A stretch of DNA of 61,570 nt from Squalus acanthias (Eukaryota). The translations under genes were made by a program, and so were the position numbers. Shown here piece by piece: positions 12,101-27,100 of the stretch. A model generated the notes under the pieces. The model was given only the letters and a program-made list of their open reading frames with translations, had not been told where the DNA came from and ran no database searches. Where the stretch lies: positions 434,001-495,570 of the forward strand of contig JASTWF010000354.1 of the NCBI GenBank assembly GCA_030390025.1. Reading direction: 5' to 3'. Each line of letters starts with the position of its first letter. Position 1 is the first letter of the stretch.

Positions 12101-15100
12101 ATTAGTCCAGGCCTGTGGATTACTGACATTCTCTGGATTATTAGTCCAGGCCTGTGGATTACTGACATTCTCTGGATTATTAGTCCAGGCCTGTGGATTA
12201 CTGACATTCTCTGGATTATTAGTCCAGGCCTGTGGATTACTGACATTCTCTGGATTATTAGTCCAGGCCTGTGGATTACTGACATTCTCTGGATTATTAG
12301 TCCAGGCCTGTGGATTACTGACATTCTCTGGATTATTAGTCCAGGCCTGTGGATTACTGACATTCTCTGGATTATTCAGTCCAGGCCTGTGGATTACTGA
12401 CATTCTCTGGATTATTAGTCCAGGCCTGTGGATTACTGACATTCTCTGGATTATTAGTCCAGGCCTGTGATTACTGACATTCTCTGGATTATTAGTCCAG
12501 GCTCTGTGGATTACTGACATTCTCTGGATTATAGTCCAGGCCTGTGGATTACTGACATTCTCTGGATTATCAGTCCAGGCCTGTGGATTACTGACATTCT
12601 CTGGATTATCAGTCCAGGCCTGTGGATTACTGACATTCTCTGGATTATTAGTCCAGGCCTGTGGATTACTGACAGTCTCTGGATTATTAGTCCCGGCCTG
12701 TGGATTACTGACATTCTCTGGATTATTAGTCCAGGCCTGTGGATTACTGACATTCTCTGGATTATTAGTCCAGGCCTGTGGATTACTGACATTCTCTGGA
12801 TTATTAGTCCAGGCCTGTGGATTACTGACATTCTCTGGATTATTAGTCCAGGCCTGTGGATTACTGACATTCTCTGGATTATTAGTCCAGGCCTGTGGAT
12901 TACTGACATTCTCTGGATTATTAGTCCAGGCCTGTGGATTACTGACATTCTCTGGATTATTAGTCCCGGCCTGTGGATTACTGACATTCTCTGGATTATT
13001 AGTCCAGGCCTGTGGATTACTGACATTCTCTGGATTATTAGTCCAGGCCTGTGGATTACTGACATTCTCTGGATTATTAGTCCAGGCCTGTGGATTACTG
13101 ACATTCTCTGGATTATTAGTCCAGGCCTGTGGATTACTGACATTCTCTGGATTATTAGTCCAGGCCTGTGGATTACTGACATTCTCTGGATTATTAGTCC
13201 AGGCCTGTGGATTACTGACATTCTCTGGATTATTAGTCCAGGCCTGTGGATTACTGACATTCTCTGGATTATTAGACCAGGCCTGTGGATTACTGACATT
13301 CTCTGGATTATTAGTCCCGGCCTGTGGATTACTGACATTCTCTGGATTATTAGTCCAGGCCTGTGGATTACTGACATTCTCTGGATTATTAGTCCAGGCC
13401 TGTGATTACTGACATTCTCTGGATTATTAGTCCAGGCCTGTGGATTACTGACATTCTCTGGATTATTAGTCCAGGCCTGTGGATTACTGACATTCTCTGG
13501 ATTATCTAGTCCAGGCCTGTGGATTACTGACATTCTCTGGATTATTAGTCCAGGCCTGTGGATTACTGACATTCTCTGGATTATTAGTCCAGGCCTGTGG
13601 ATTACTGACATTCTCTGGATTATTAGTCCAGGCCTGTGGATTACTGACATTCTCTGGATTATTAGTCCAGGCCTGTGGATTACTGACATTCTCTGGATTA
13701 TTAGTCCAGGCCTGTGGATTACTGACATTCTCTGGATTATTAGTCCAGGCCTGTGGATTACTGACATTCTCTGGATTATTAGTCCAGGCCTGTGGATTAC
13801 TGACATTCTCTGGATTATTAGTCCAGGCCTGTGATTACTGACAGTCTCTGGATTATTAGTCCAGGCCTGTGGATTACTGACATTCTCTGGATTATTAGTC
13901 CAGGCCTGTGGATTACTGACAGTCTCTGGATTATCAGTCCAGGCCTGTGGATTACTGACAGTCTCTGGATTATTAGTCCAGGCCTGTGGATTACTGACAG
14001 TCTCTGGATTATTAGTCCAGGCCTGTGGATTACTGACATTCTCTGGATTATTAGTCCTGGCCTGTGGATTACTGACATTCTCTGGATTATTAGTCCAGGC
14101 CTGTGGATTACTGACATTCTCTGGATTATTAGTCCAGGCCTGTGGATTACTGACATTCTCTGGATTATTAGTCCAGGCCTGTGGATTACTGACATTCTCT
14201 GGATTATTAGTCAGGCCTGTGGATTACTGACATTCTCTGGATTATTAGTCCAGGCCTGTGGATTACTGACATTCTCTGGATTATTAGTCCAGGCCTGTGG
14301 ATTACTGACATTCTCTGGATTATTAGTCCTGGCCTGTGGATTACTGACATTCTCTGGATTATTAGTCCAGGCCTGAGGATTACTGACATTCTCTGGATTA
14401 TTAGTCCTGGCCTGTGGATTACTGACATTCTCTGGATTATTAGTCCAGGCCTGTGGATTACTGACATTCTCTGGATTATTAGTCCCGGCCTGTGGATTAC
14501 TGACATTCTCTGGATTATTAGTCCAGGCCTGTGGATTACTGACATTCTCTGGATTATTAGTCCAGGCCTGTGGATTACTGACATTCTCTGGATTAATAGT
14601 CCAGGCCTGTGGATTACTGACATTCTCTGGATTAATAGTCCAGGCCTGTGGATTACTGACAGTCTCTGGATTATTAGTCCAGGCCTGTGGATTACTGACA
14701 TTCTCTGGATTATTAGTCCAGGCCTGTGGATTACTGACATTCTCTGGATTATTAGTCCAGGCCTGTGGATTACTGACATTCTCTGGATTATAGTCCCGGC
14801 CTGTGGATTACTGACATTCTCTGGATTATTAGTCCAGGCCTGTGGATTACTGACATTCTCTGGATTATTAGTCCAGGCCTGTGGATTACTGACATTCTCT
14901 GGGATTATTAGTCCAGGCCTGTGGATTACTGACATTCTCTGGATTATCAGTCCAGGCCTGTGGATTACTGACATTCTCTGGATTATTAGTCCAGGCCTGT
15001 GGATTACTGACATTCTCTGGATTATTAGTCCAGGCCTGTGGATTACTGACAGTCTCTGGATTATTAGTCCAGGCCTGTGGATTACTGACAGTCTCTGGAT

Positions 15101-18100
15101 TATTAGTCCAGGCCTGTGGAATACTGACCATTCTCTGGATTATTAGTGCAGGCCTGTGGATTACTGACATCTCTGGATTATTAGTCCAGGCCTGTGGATT
15201 ACTGACATTCTCTGGATTATCAGTCCTGGCCTGTGGATTACTGACATTCTCTGGATTATTAGTCCAGGCCTGTGGATTACTGACATTCTCTGGATTATTA
15301 GTCCAGGCCTTTGGATTACTGACAGTCTCTGGATTATTAGTCCAGGCCTGTGGATTACTGACATTCTCTGGATTATTAGTCCAGGCCTGTGGATTACTTA
15401 CAATCTCTGGATTATTAGTCCAGGCCTGTGGAATACTGACATTTTCTGGGATTATTAGTCCCGGCCTGTGGAATACTGACATTCTCTGGATTATTAGTCC
15501 CGGCCTGTGGATTACTGACATTCTCTGGATATCAGTCCAGGCCTGTGGATTACTGACATTCTCTGGATTATTAGTCCAGGCCTGTGGATTACTGACATTC
15601 TCTGGATTATTAGTCCAGGCCTGTGGATTACTGACAGTCTCTGGATTATTAGTCCAGGCCTGTGGATTACTGACATTCTCTGGATTATTAGTCCAGGCCT
15701 GTGGATTACTGACATTCTCTGGATTATTAGTCCAGGCCTGTGGATTACTGACATTCTCTGGATTATTAGTCCAGGCCTGTGGATTACTGACATTCTCTGG
15801 ATTATTAGTCCAGGCCTGTGGATTACTGACATTCTCTGGATTATTAGTCCAGGCCTGTGGATTACTGACATTCTCTGGATTATTAGTCCAGGCCTGTGGA
15901 TTACTGACATTCTCTGGATTATTAGTCCAGGCCTGTGGATTACTGACATTCTCTGGATTATTAGTCCAGGCCTGTGGATTACTGACATTCTCTGGATTAT
16001 TAGTCCCAGGCCTGTGGATTACTGACATTCTCTGGATTATTAGTCCAGGCCTGTGGATTACTGACATTCTCTGGATTATTAGTCCAGGCCTGTGGATTAC
16101 TGACATTCTCTGGATTATTAGTCCAGGCCTGTGGATTACTGACATTCTCTGGATTATTAGTCCAGGCCTGTGGATTACTGACATTCTCTGGATTATTAGT
16201 CCAGGCCTGTGGATTACTGACATTCTCTTGATTATTAGTCCAGGCCTGTGGATTACTGACATTCTCTGGATTATTAGTCCAGGCCTGTGGATTACTGACA
16301 TTCTCTGGATTATTAGTCCAGGCCTGTGGATTACTGACATTCTCTGGATTATTAGTCCCGGCCTGTGGATTACTGACATTCTCTGGATTATTAGTCCAGG
16401 CCTGTGATTACTGACATTCTCTGGATTATTAGTCCAGCCTGTGGATTACTGACATTCTCTGGATTATTAGTCCAGGCCTGTGGATTACTGACATTCTCTG
16501 GATTATTAGTCCAGGCCTGTGGATACTGACATTCTCTGGATTATTAGTCCAGGCCTGTAGATTACTGACATTCTCTGGATTTTTAGTCCAGCCTGTGGAT
16601 TACTGACATTCTCTGGATTATTAGTCCAGGCCTGTGGATTACTGACATTCTCTGGATTATTAGTCCTGGTCTGTAGATTACTGACATTCTCTGGATTATT
16701 AGTCCAGGCCTGTGGGACCTTACTGACATTCTCTGGATTATTAGTGCCAGGCCTGTGGATTACTGACATCTCTGGATTATTAGTCCCTGTCTGTGGATTA
16801 CTGACATTCTCTGGATTATTAGTCAGGCCTGTGATTACTGACATTCTCTGGATTATTAGTCCGGGCCTGTGGATTACTGACATTCTCTGGATTATTTCAG
16901 TCCAGGCCCTGTGGATTACTGACATTCTCTGGATTATTTGTCCAGGCCTGTGGATTACTGACATTCTCTGGATTATTAGTCCCGGGCTGAGGATTACTGA
17001 CATTCTCTGGATTATTAGTCCAGGCCTGTGGATTACTGACATTCTCTGGTTTATTTGTCCAGGCCTGTGGATTACTGACATTCTCTGGATTATTAGTCCC
17101 GGTCTGTGGATTACTGACAATTCTGGATTTTAGTCCAGGCCTGTGGATTACTGACATTCTCTGGATTATTAGTCGCAGGCCTGGTGGATTACTGACATTC
17201 TCTGGATTATCAGTCCAGGCCTGTGGATTTACTGACATTCTCTGGATTATTAAGTCCAGGCCTGTGGATTACTGACATTCTCTGGATTATTAGTCCCGGC
17301 CTGTGGATTACTGACATTCTCTGGATTATTAGTCCAGGCCTGTGGATTATTGACATTCTCTGGATTATTAGTCCCGGCCTGTGGATTACTGACATTCTCT
17401 GGATTATTAGTCCAGGCCTGTGGATTACTGACATTCTCTGGATATTAGTCCAGGACCTGTGGATTACTGACATTCTCTGGATTATTAGTCCAGGCCTGTG
17501 GATTACTGGACATTCTCTGGATTAACAGTCCAGGCCTGTGGATTACTGACATTCTCTGGATTATTAGTCGCAGGCCTGTGGATTACTGACATTCTCTGAT
17601 TATTAGTCAGGCCTGTGGATTACTGACATTCTCTGGATTATTAGTCCAGGCCTGTGGATTACTGACATTCTCTGGATTATTAGTCCCGGCCTGTGGATTA
17701 CTGACATTCACTGGATTATTAGTCCAGGCCTTTGGATTACTGACATTCACTGGTTATTCCGGCCATCCTGTGGATTACTTGACATTCTCTGGATTATTAG
17801 TCCCGGCCTGTGGATTACTGACATTCTCTGGATTATTAGTCCCGGCCTGTGGATTACTGACATTCTCTGCATTAACTGTCCAGGCCTGTGGATTACTGAC
17901 ATTCTCTGGATTGTTAGTGCAGGCCTGTGGATTACTGACATTCTCTGGATTATTAGTCCCGGCCTGTGGATTACTGTCATTCTCTGGATTATTAGTCCCG
18001 GCCTGTGGATTACTGACATTCTCTGGATTATTAGTCGCAGGCCTGTGGATTACTTGACATTCTCTTGATTATTAGTCAGGCCTGTGGATTACTGACATTC

Positions 18101-21100
18101 TCTGGATTATTAGTCCCGGGCCTGGTGGAGTTACTGACATTCTCTGGATTATTAGTCCAGGCCTGTGGATTCTGACATTCTCTGATTAACAGTCCAGGCC
18201 TGTGGATTACTGACATTCTCTGGATTATTAGTCCAGGCCTGTGGATTACTGACATTCTCTGGATTATTAGTCAGCCTGTGGATACTGACATTCTCTGGAT
18301 TAACAGTCCAGGCCTGTGGATTACTGACATTCCTCTGGATTATTAGTCCAGGCCTGTGATTACTGACATTCTCTGGATTATTAGTCCCGGCCTGTGGAGT
18401 ACTGACATTCTCTGGATTATTAGTCCTGGCCTGTAGGATTACTGACATTCTCTGGATTATCGTCCAGGCCTGTGGATTACTGACATTCACTGGATTATTA
18501 GTCCGGCTGTGGATTACTGACATTCTCTGGATTATTTAGTCCAGGCCTGTGATTACTGACATTCTCTGGATTATCTAGTCCAGGCCTGTGGATTACTGAC
18601 ATTCTCTGGATTACTGTCCAGGCCTGTGATTACTGTCATTCTCTGGATTATTAGTCCAGGCCTTTGGATTACTGACATTCACTGGATTATTAGACCAACT
18701 CCTGTGGATTACTGACATTTCTTGATTATTAGTCCTGGCCTGTAGATTACTGACATCTCTGGATTATTAGTCCAGGCCTGTGGAATACTGACATTCTCTG
18801 GATTATTAGTCCAGGCCTGTGGATTACTGAAATTCTCTGGATTATTAGTCCCGGCCAGTGGATTACTGACATTTCTCTGGATTATTAGTCCAGGCCTGTG
18901 GATTACTGACATTCTCTGGATATTAGTCCAGGCCTTGTGGATTACTGACATTCTCTGGATTATTAGTCCAGGCCTGTGGATTACTGACATTCTCTGGATT
19001 ATCAGTCCAGGCATGTGGATTACTGACAGTCTCTGGATTATTAGTCCAGGCCTGTGGATTACTGACAGTCTCTGGATTATTAGTCCTGGCCTGTGGATTA
19101 CTGACATTCTCTGTGTATTTGTCCAGGCCTGTGGATACTGACATTCTCTGGATTATTAGTCCCGGCCTGTGGATTACTGACATTCTCTTGGATTATTAGT
19201 CCAGGCCTGTGGATTACTGACATTCTCTGGATTATTAGTCCAGGCCTGTGGATTACTGACATTCTCTGGATTATTAGTCCCGGCCTGTTGGATTACTGAC
19301 ATTCTCTGGATTATTAGTCCAGGCCTGTGATTACTGACATTCTCTGGATTATTAGTCCAGGCCTGTGGATTACTGACATTCTCTGGATTATTAGTCCAGG
19401 CCTGTGGATTACTGACATTCTCCTGGATTATAGTCCAAGGCCTGTGGATTACTGACATTCTCTGGATTATTAGTCCAGGCCTGTGGATTACTGACATTCT
19501 CTGGATTATTAGTCCAGGCCTGTGGATTACTGACATTCTCTGGATTATTAGTCCAGGCCTGTGGATTACTGACATTCTCTGGATTATTAGTCCAGGCCTG
19601 TGGATTACTGACATTCTCTGGATTATTAGTCCAGGCCTGTGGATTACTGACATTCTCTGGATTATTAGTCCAGGCCTGTGGATTACTGACATTCTCTGGA
19701 TTATTAGTCCAGGCCTGTGGATTACTGACATTCTCTGGATTATTAGTCCAGGCCTGTGGATTACTGACATTCTCTGGATTATTAGTCCAGGCCTGTGGAT
19801 TACTGACATTCTCTGGATTATTAGTCCAGGCCTGTGGATTACTGACATTCTCTGGATTATTAGTCCAGGCCTGTGGATTACTGACATTCTCTGGATTATT
19901 AGTCCAGGCCTGTGGATTACTGACATTCTCTGGATTATTAGTCCAGGCCTGTGGATTACTGACATTCTCTGGATTATTAGTCCAGGCCTGTGGATTACTG
20001 ACATTCTCTGGATTATTAGTCCAGGCCTGTGGATTACTGACATTCTCTGGATTATTAGTCCAGGCCTGTGGATTACTGACATTCTCTGGATTATTAGTCC
20101 AGGCCTGTGGATTACTGACATTCTCTGGATTATTAGTCCAGGCCTGTGGATTACTGACATTCTCTGGATTATTAGTCCAGGCCTGTGGATTACTGACATT
20201 CTCTGGATTATTAGTCCAGGCCTGTGGATTACTGACATTCTCTGGATTATTAGTCCAGGCCTGTGGATTACTGACATTCTCTGGATTATTAGTCCAGGCC
20301 TGTGGATTACTGACATTCTCTGGATTATTAGTCCAGGCCTGTGGATTACTGACATTCTCTGGATTATTAGTCCAGGCCTGTGGATTACTGACATTCTCTG
20401 GATTATTAGTCCAGGCCTGTGGATTACTGACATTCTCTGGATTATTAGTCCAGGCCTGTGGATTACTGACATTCTCTGGATTATTAGTCCAGGCCTGTGG
20501 ATTACTGACATTCTCTGGATTATTAGTCCAGGCCTGTGGATTACTGACATTCTCTGGATTATTAGTCCAGGCCTGTGGATTACTGACATTCTCTGGATTA
20601 TTAGTCCAGGCCTGTGGATTACTGACATTCTCTGGATTATTAGTCCAGGCCTGTGGATTACTGACATTCTCTGGATTATTAGTCCAGGCCTGTGGATTAC
20701 TGACATTCTCTGGATTATTAGTCCAGGCCTGTGGATTACTGACATTCTCTGGATTATTAGTCCAGGCCTGTGGATTACTGACATTCTCTGGATTATTAGT
20801 CCAGGCCTGTGGATTACTGACATTCTCTGGATTATTAGTCCAGGCCTGTGGATTACTGACATTCTCTGGATTATTAGTCCAGGCCTGTGGATTACTGACA
20901 TTCTCTGGATTATTAGTCCAGGCCTGTGGATTACTGACATTCTCTGGATTATTAGTCCAGGCCTGTGGATTACTGACATTCTCTGGATTATTAGTCCAGG
21001 CCTGTGGATTACTGACATTCTCTGGATTATTAGTCCAGGCCTGTGGATTACTGACATTCTCTGGATTATTAGTCCAGGCCTGTGGATTACTGACATTCTC

Positions 21101-24100
21101 TGGATTATTAGTCCAGGCCTGTGGATTACTGACATTCTCTGGATTATTAGTCCAGGCCTGTGGATTACTGACATTCTCTGGATTATTAGTCCAGGCCTGT
21201 GGATTACTGACATTCTCTGGATTATTAGTCCAGGCCTGTGGATTACTGACATTCTCTGGATTATTAGTCCAGGCCTGTGGATTACTGACATTCTCTGGAT
21301 TATTAGTCCAGGCCTGTGGATTACTGACATTCTCTGGATTATTAGTCCAGGCCTGTGGATTACTGACATTCTCTGGATTATTAGTCCAGGCCTGTGGATT
21401 ACTGACATTCTCTGGATTATTAGTCCAGGCCTGTGGATTACTGACATTCTCTGGATTATTAGTCCAGGCCTGTGGATTACTGACATTCTCTGGATTATTA
21501 GTCCAGGCCTGTGGATTACTGACATTCTCTGGATTATTAGTCCAGGCCTGTGGATTACTGACATTCTCTGGATTATTAGTCCAGGCCTGTGGATTACTGA
21601 CATTCTCTGGATTATTAGTCCAGGCCTGTGGATTACTGACATTCTCTGGATTATTAGTCCAGGCCTGTGGATTACTGACATTCTCTGGATTATTAGTCCA
21701 GGCCTGTGGATTACTGACATTCTCTGGATTATTAGTCCAGGCCTGTGGATTACTGACATTCTCTGGATTATTAGTCCAGGCCTGTGGATTACTGACATTC
21801 TCTGGATTATTAGTCCAGGCCTGTGGATTACTGACATTCTCTGGATTATTAGTCCAGGCCTGTGGATTACTGACATTCTCTGGATTATTAGTCCAGGCCT
21901 GTGGATTACTGACATTCTCTGGATTATTAGTCCAGGCCTGTGGATTACTGACATTCTCTGGATTATTAGTCCAGGCCTGTGGATTACTGACATTCTCTGG
22001 ATTATTAGTCCAGGCCTGTGGATTACTGACATTCTCTGGATTATTAGTCCAGGCCTGTGGATTACTGACATTCTCTGGATTATTAGTCCAGGCCTGTGGA
22101 TTACTGACATTCTCTGGATTATTAGTCCAGGCCTGTGGATTACTGACATTCTCTGGATTATTAGTCCAGGCCTGTGGATTACTGACATTCTCTGGATTAT
22201 TAGTCCAGGCCTGTGGATTACTGACATTCTCTGGATTATTAGTCCAGGCCTGTGGATTACTGACATTCTCTGGATTATTAGTCCAGGCCTGTGGATTACT
22301 GACATTCTCTGGATTATTAGTCCAGGCCTGTGGATTACTGACATTCTCTGGATTATTAGTCCAGGCCTGTGGATTACTGACATTCTCTGGATTATTAGTC
22401 CAGGCCTGTGGATTACTGACATTCTCTGGATTATTAGTCCAGGCCTGTGGATTACTGACATTCTCTGGATTATTAGTCCAGGCCTGTGGATTACTGACAT
22501 TCTCTGGATTATTAGTCCAGGCCTGTGGATTACTGACATTCTCTGGATTATTAGTCCAGGCCTGTGGATTACTGACATTCTCTGGATTATTAGTCCAGGC
22601 CTGTGGATTACTGACATTCTCTGGATTATTAGTCCAGGCCTGTGGATTACTGACATTCTCTGGATTATTAGTCCAGGCCTGTGGATTACTGACATTCTCT
22701 GGATTATTAGTCCAGGCCTGTGGATTACTGACATTCTCTGGATTATTAGTCCAGGCCTGTGGATTACTGACATTCTCTGGATTATTAGTCCAGGCCTGTG
22801 GATTACTGACATTCTCTGGATTATTAGTCCAGGCCTGTGGATTACTGACATTCTCTGGATTATTAGTCCAGGCCTGTGGATTACTGACATTCTCTGGATT
22901 ATTAGTCCAGGCCTGTGGATTACTGACATTCTCTGGATTATTAGTCCAGGCCTGTGGATTACTGACATTCTCTGGATTATTAGTCCAGGCCTGTGGATTA
23001 CTGACATTCTCTGGATTATTAGTCCAGGCCTGTGGATTACTGACATTCTCTGGATTATTAGTCCAGGCCTGTGGATTACTGACATTCTCTGGATTATTAG
23101 TCCAGGCCTGTGGATTACTGACATTCTCTGGATTATTAGTCCAGGCCTGTGGATTACTGACATTCTCTGGATTATTAGTCCAGGCCTGTGGATTACTGAC
23201 ATTCTCTGGATTATTAGTCCAGGCCTGTGGATTACTGACATTCTCTGGATTATTAGTCCAGGCCTGTGGATTACTGACATTCTCTGGATTATTAGTCCAG
23301 GCCTGTGGATTACTGACATTCTCTGGATTATTAGTCCAGGCCTGTGGATTACTGACATTCTCTGGATTATTAGTCCAGGCCTGTGGATTACTGACATTCT
23401 CTGGATTATTAGTCCAGGCCTGTGGATTACTGACATTCTCTGGATTATTAGTCCAGGCCTGTGGATTACTGACATTCTCTGGATTATTAGTCCAGGCCTG
23501 TGGATTACTGACATTCTCTGGATTATTAGTCCAGGCCTGTGGATTACTGACATTCTCTGGATTATTAGTCCAGGCCTGTGGATTACTGACATTCTCTGGA
23601 TTATTAGTCCAGGCCTGTGGATTACTGACATTCTCTGGATTATTAGTCCAGGCCTGTGGATTACTGACATTCTCTGGATTATTAGTCCAGGCCTGTGGAT
23701 TACTGACATTCTCTGGATTATTAGTCCAGGCCTGTGGATTACTGACATTCTCTGGATTATTAGTCCAGGCCTGTGGATTACTGACATTCTCTGGATTATT
23801 AGTCCAGGCCTGTGGATTACTGACATTCTCTGGATTATTAGTCCAGGCCTGTGGATTACTGACATTCTCTGGATTATTAGTCCAGGCCTGTGGATTACTG
23901 ACATTCTCTGGATTATTAGTCCAGGCCTGTGGATTACTGACATTCTCTGGATTATTAGTCCAGGCCTGTGGATTACTGACATTCTCTGGATTATTAGTCC
24001 AGGCCTGTGGATTACTGACATTCTCTGGATTATTAGTCCAGGCCTGTGGATTACTGACATTCTCTGGATTATTAGTCCAGGCCTGTGGATTACTGACATT

Positions 24101-27100
24101 CTCTGGATTATTAGTCCAGGCCTGTGGATTACTGACATTCTCTGGATTATTAGTCCAGGCCTGTGGATTACTGACATTCTCTGGATTATTAGTCCAGGCC
24201 TGTGGATTACTGACATTCTCTGGATTATTAGTCCAGGCCTGTGGATTACTGACATTCTCTGGATTATTAGTCCAGGCCTGTGGATTACTGACATTCTCTG
24301 GATTATTAGTCCAGGCCTGTGGATTACTGACATTCTCTGGATTATTAGTCCAGGCCTGTGGATTACTGACATTCTCTGGATTATTAGTCCAGGCCTGTGG
24401 ATTACTGACATTCTCTGGATTATTAGTCCAGGCCTGTGGATTACTGACATTCTCTGGATTATTAGTCCAGGCCTGTGGATTACTGACATTCTCTGGATTA
24501 TTAGTCCAGGCCTGTGGATTACTGACATTCTCTGGATTATTAGTCCAGGCCTGTGGATTACTGACATTCTCTGGATTATTAGTCCAGGCCTGTGGATTAC
24601 TGACATTCTCTGGATTATTAGTCCAGGCCTGTGGATTACTGACATTCTCTGGATTATTAGTCCAGGCCTGTGGATTACTGACATTCTCTGGATTATTAGT
24701 CCAGGCCTGTGGATTACTGACATTCTCTGGATTATTAGTCCAGGCCTGTGGATTACTGACATTCTCTGGATTATTAGTCCAGGCCTGTGGATTACTGACA
24801 TTCTCTGGATTATTAGTCCAGGCCTGTGGATTACTGACATTCTCTGGATTATTAGTCCAGGCCTGTGGATTACTGACATTCTCTGGATTATTAGTCCAGG
24901 CCTGTGGATTACTGACATTCTCTGGATTATTAGTCCAGGCCTGTGGATTACTGACATTCTCTGGATTATTAGTCCAGGCCTGTGGATTACTGACATTCTC
25001 TGGATTATTAGTCCAGGCCTGTGGATTACTGACATTCTCTGGATTATTAGTCCAGGCCTGTGGATTACTGACATTCTCTGGATTATTAGTCCAGGCCTGT
25101 GGATTACTGACATTCTCTGGATTATTAGTCCAGGCCTGTGGATTACTGACATTCTCTGGATTATTAGTCCAGGCCTGTGGATTACTGACATTCTCTGGAT
25201 TATTAGTCCAGGCCTGTGGATTACTGACATTCTCTGGATTATTAGTCCAGGCCTGTGGATTACTGACATTCTCTGGATTATTAGTCCAGGCCTGTGGATT
25301 ACTGACATTCTCTGGATTATTAGTCCAGGCCTGTGGATTACTGACATTCTCTGGATTATTAGTCCAGGCCTGTGGATTACTGACATTCTCTGGATTATTA
25401 GTCCAGGCCTGTGGATTACTGACATTCTCTGGATTATTAGTCCAGGCCTGTGGATTACTGACATTCTCTGGATTATTAGTCCAGGCCTGTGGATTACTGA
25501 CATTCTCTGGATTATTAGTCCAGGCCTGTGGATTACTGACATTCTCTGGATTATTAGTCCAGGCCTGTGGATTACTGACATTCTCTGGATTATTAGTCCA
25601 GGCCTGTGGATTACTGACATTCTCTGGATTATTAGTCCAGGCCTGTGGATTACTGACATTCTCTGGATTATTAGTCCAGGCCTGTGGATTACTGACATTC
25701 TCTGGATTATTAGTCCAGGCCTGTGGATTACTGACATTCTCTGGATTATTAGTCCAGGCCTGTGGATTACTGACATTCTCTGGATTATTAGTCCAGGCCT
25801 GTGGATTACTGACATTCTCTGGATTATTAGTCCAGGCCTGTGGATTACTGACATTCTCTGGATTATTAGTCCAGGCCTGTGGATTACTGACATTCTCTGG
25901 ATTATTAGTCCAGGCCTGTGGATTACTGACATTCTCTGGATTATTAGTCCAGGCCTGTGGATTACTGACATTCTCTGGATTATTAGTCCAGGCCTGTGGA
26001 TTACTGACATTCTCTGGATTATTAGTCCAGGCCTGTGGATTACTGACATTCTCTGGATTATTAGTCCAGGCCTGTGGATTACTGACATTCTCTGGATTAT
26101 TAGTCCAGGCCTGTGGATTACTGACATTCTCTGGATTATTAGTCCAGGCCTGTGGATTACTGACATTCTCTGGATTATTAGTCCAGGCCTGTGGATTACT
26201 GACATTCTCTGGATTATTAGTCCAGGCCTGTGGATTACTGACATTCTCTGGATTATTAGTCCAGGCCTGTGGATTACTGACATTCTCTGGATTATTAGTC
26301 CAGGCCTGTGGATTACTGACATTCTCTGGATTATTAGTCCAGGCCTGTGGATTACTGACATTCTCTGGATTATTAGTCCAGGCCTGTGGATTACTGACAT
26401 TCTCTGGATTATTAGTCCAGGCCTGTGGATTACTGACATTCTCTGGATTATTAGTCCAGGCCTGTGGATTACTGACATTCTCTGGATTATTAGTCCAGGC
26501 CTGTGGATTACTGACATTCTCTGGATTATTAGTCCAGGCCTGTGGATTACTGACATTCTCTGGATTATTAGTCCAGGCCTGTGGATTACTGACATTCTCT
26601 GGATTATTAGTCCAGGCCTGTGGATTACTGACATTCTCTGGATTATTAGTCCAGGCCTGTGGATTACTGACATTCTCTGGATTATTAGTCCAGGCCTGTG
26701 GATTACTGACATTCTCTGGATTATTAGTCCAGGCCTGTGGATTACTGACATTCTCTGGATTATTAGTCCAGGCCTGTGGATTACTGACATTCTCTGGATT
26801 ATTAGTCCAGGCCTGTGGATTACTGACATTCTCTGGATTATTAGTCCAGGCCTGTGGATTACTGACATTCTCTGGATTATTAGTCCAGGCCTGTGGATTA
26901 CTGACATTCTCTGGATTATTAGTCCAGGCCTGTGGATTACTGACATTCTCTGGATTATTAGTCCAGGCCTGTGGATTACTGACATTCTCTGGATTATTAG
27001 TCCAGGCCTGTGGATTACTGACATTCTCTGGATTATTAGTCCAGGCCTGTGGATTACTGACATTCTCTGGATTATTAGTCCAGGCCTGTGGATTACTGAC

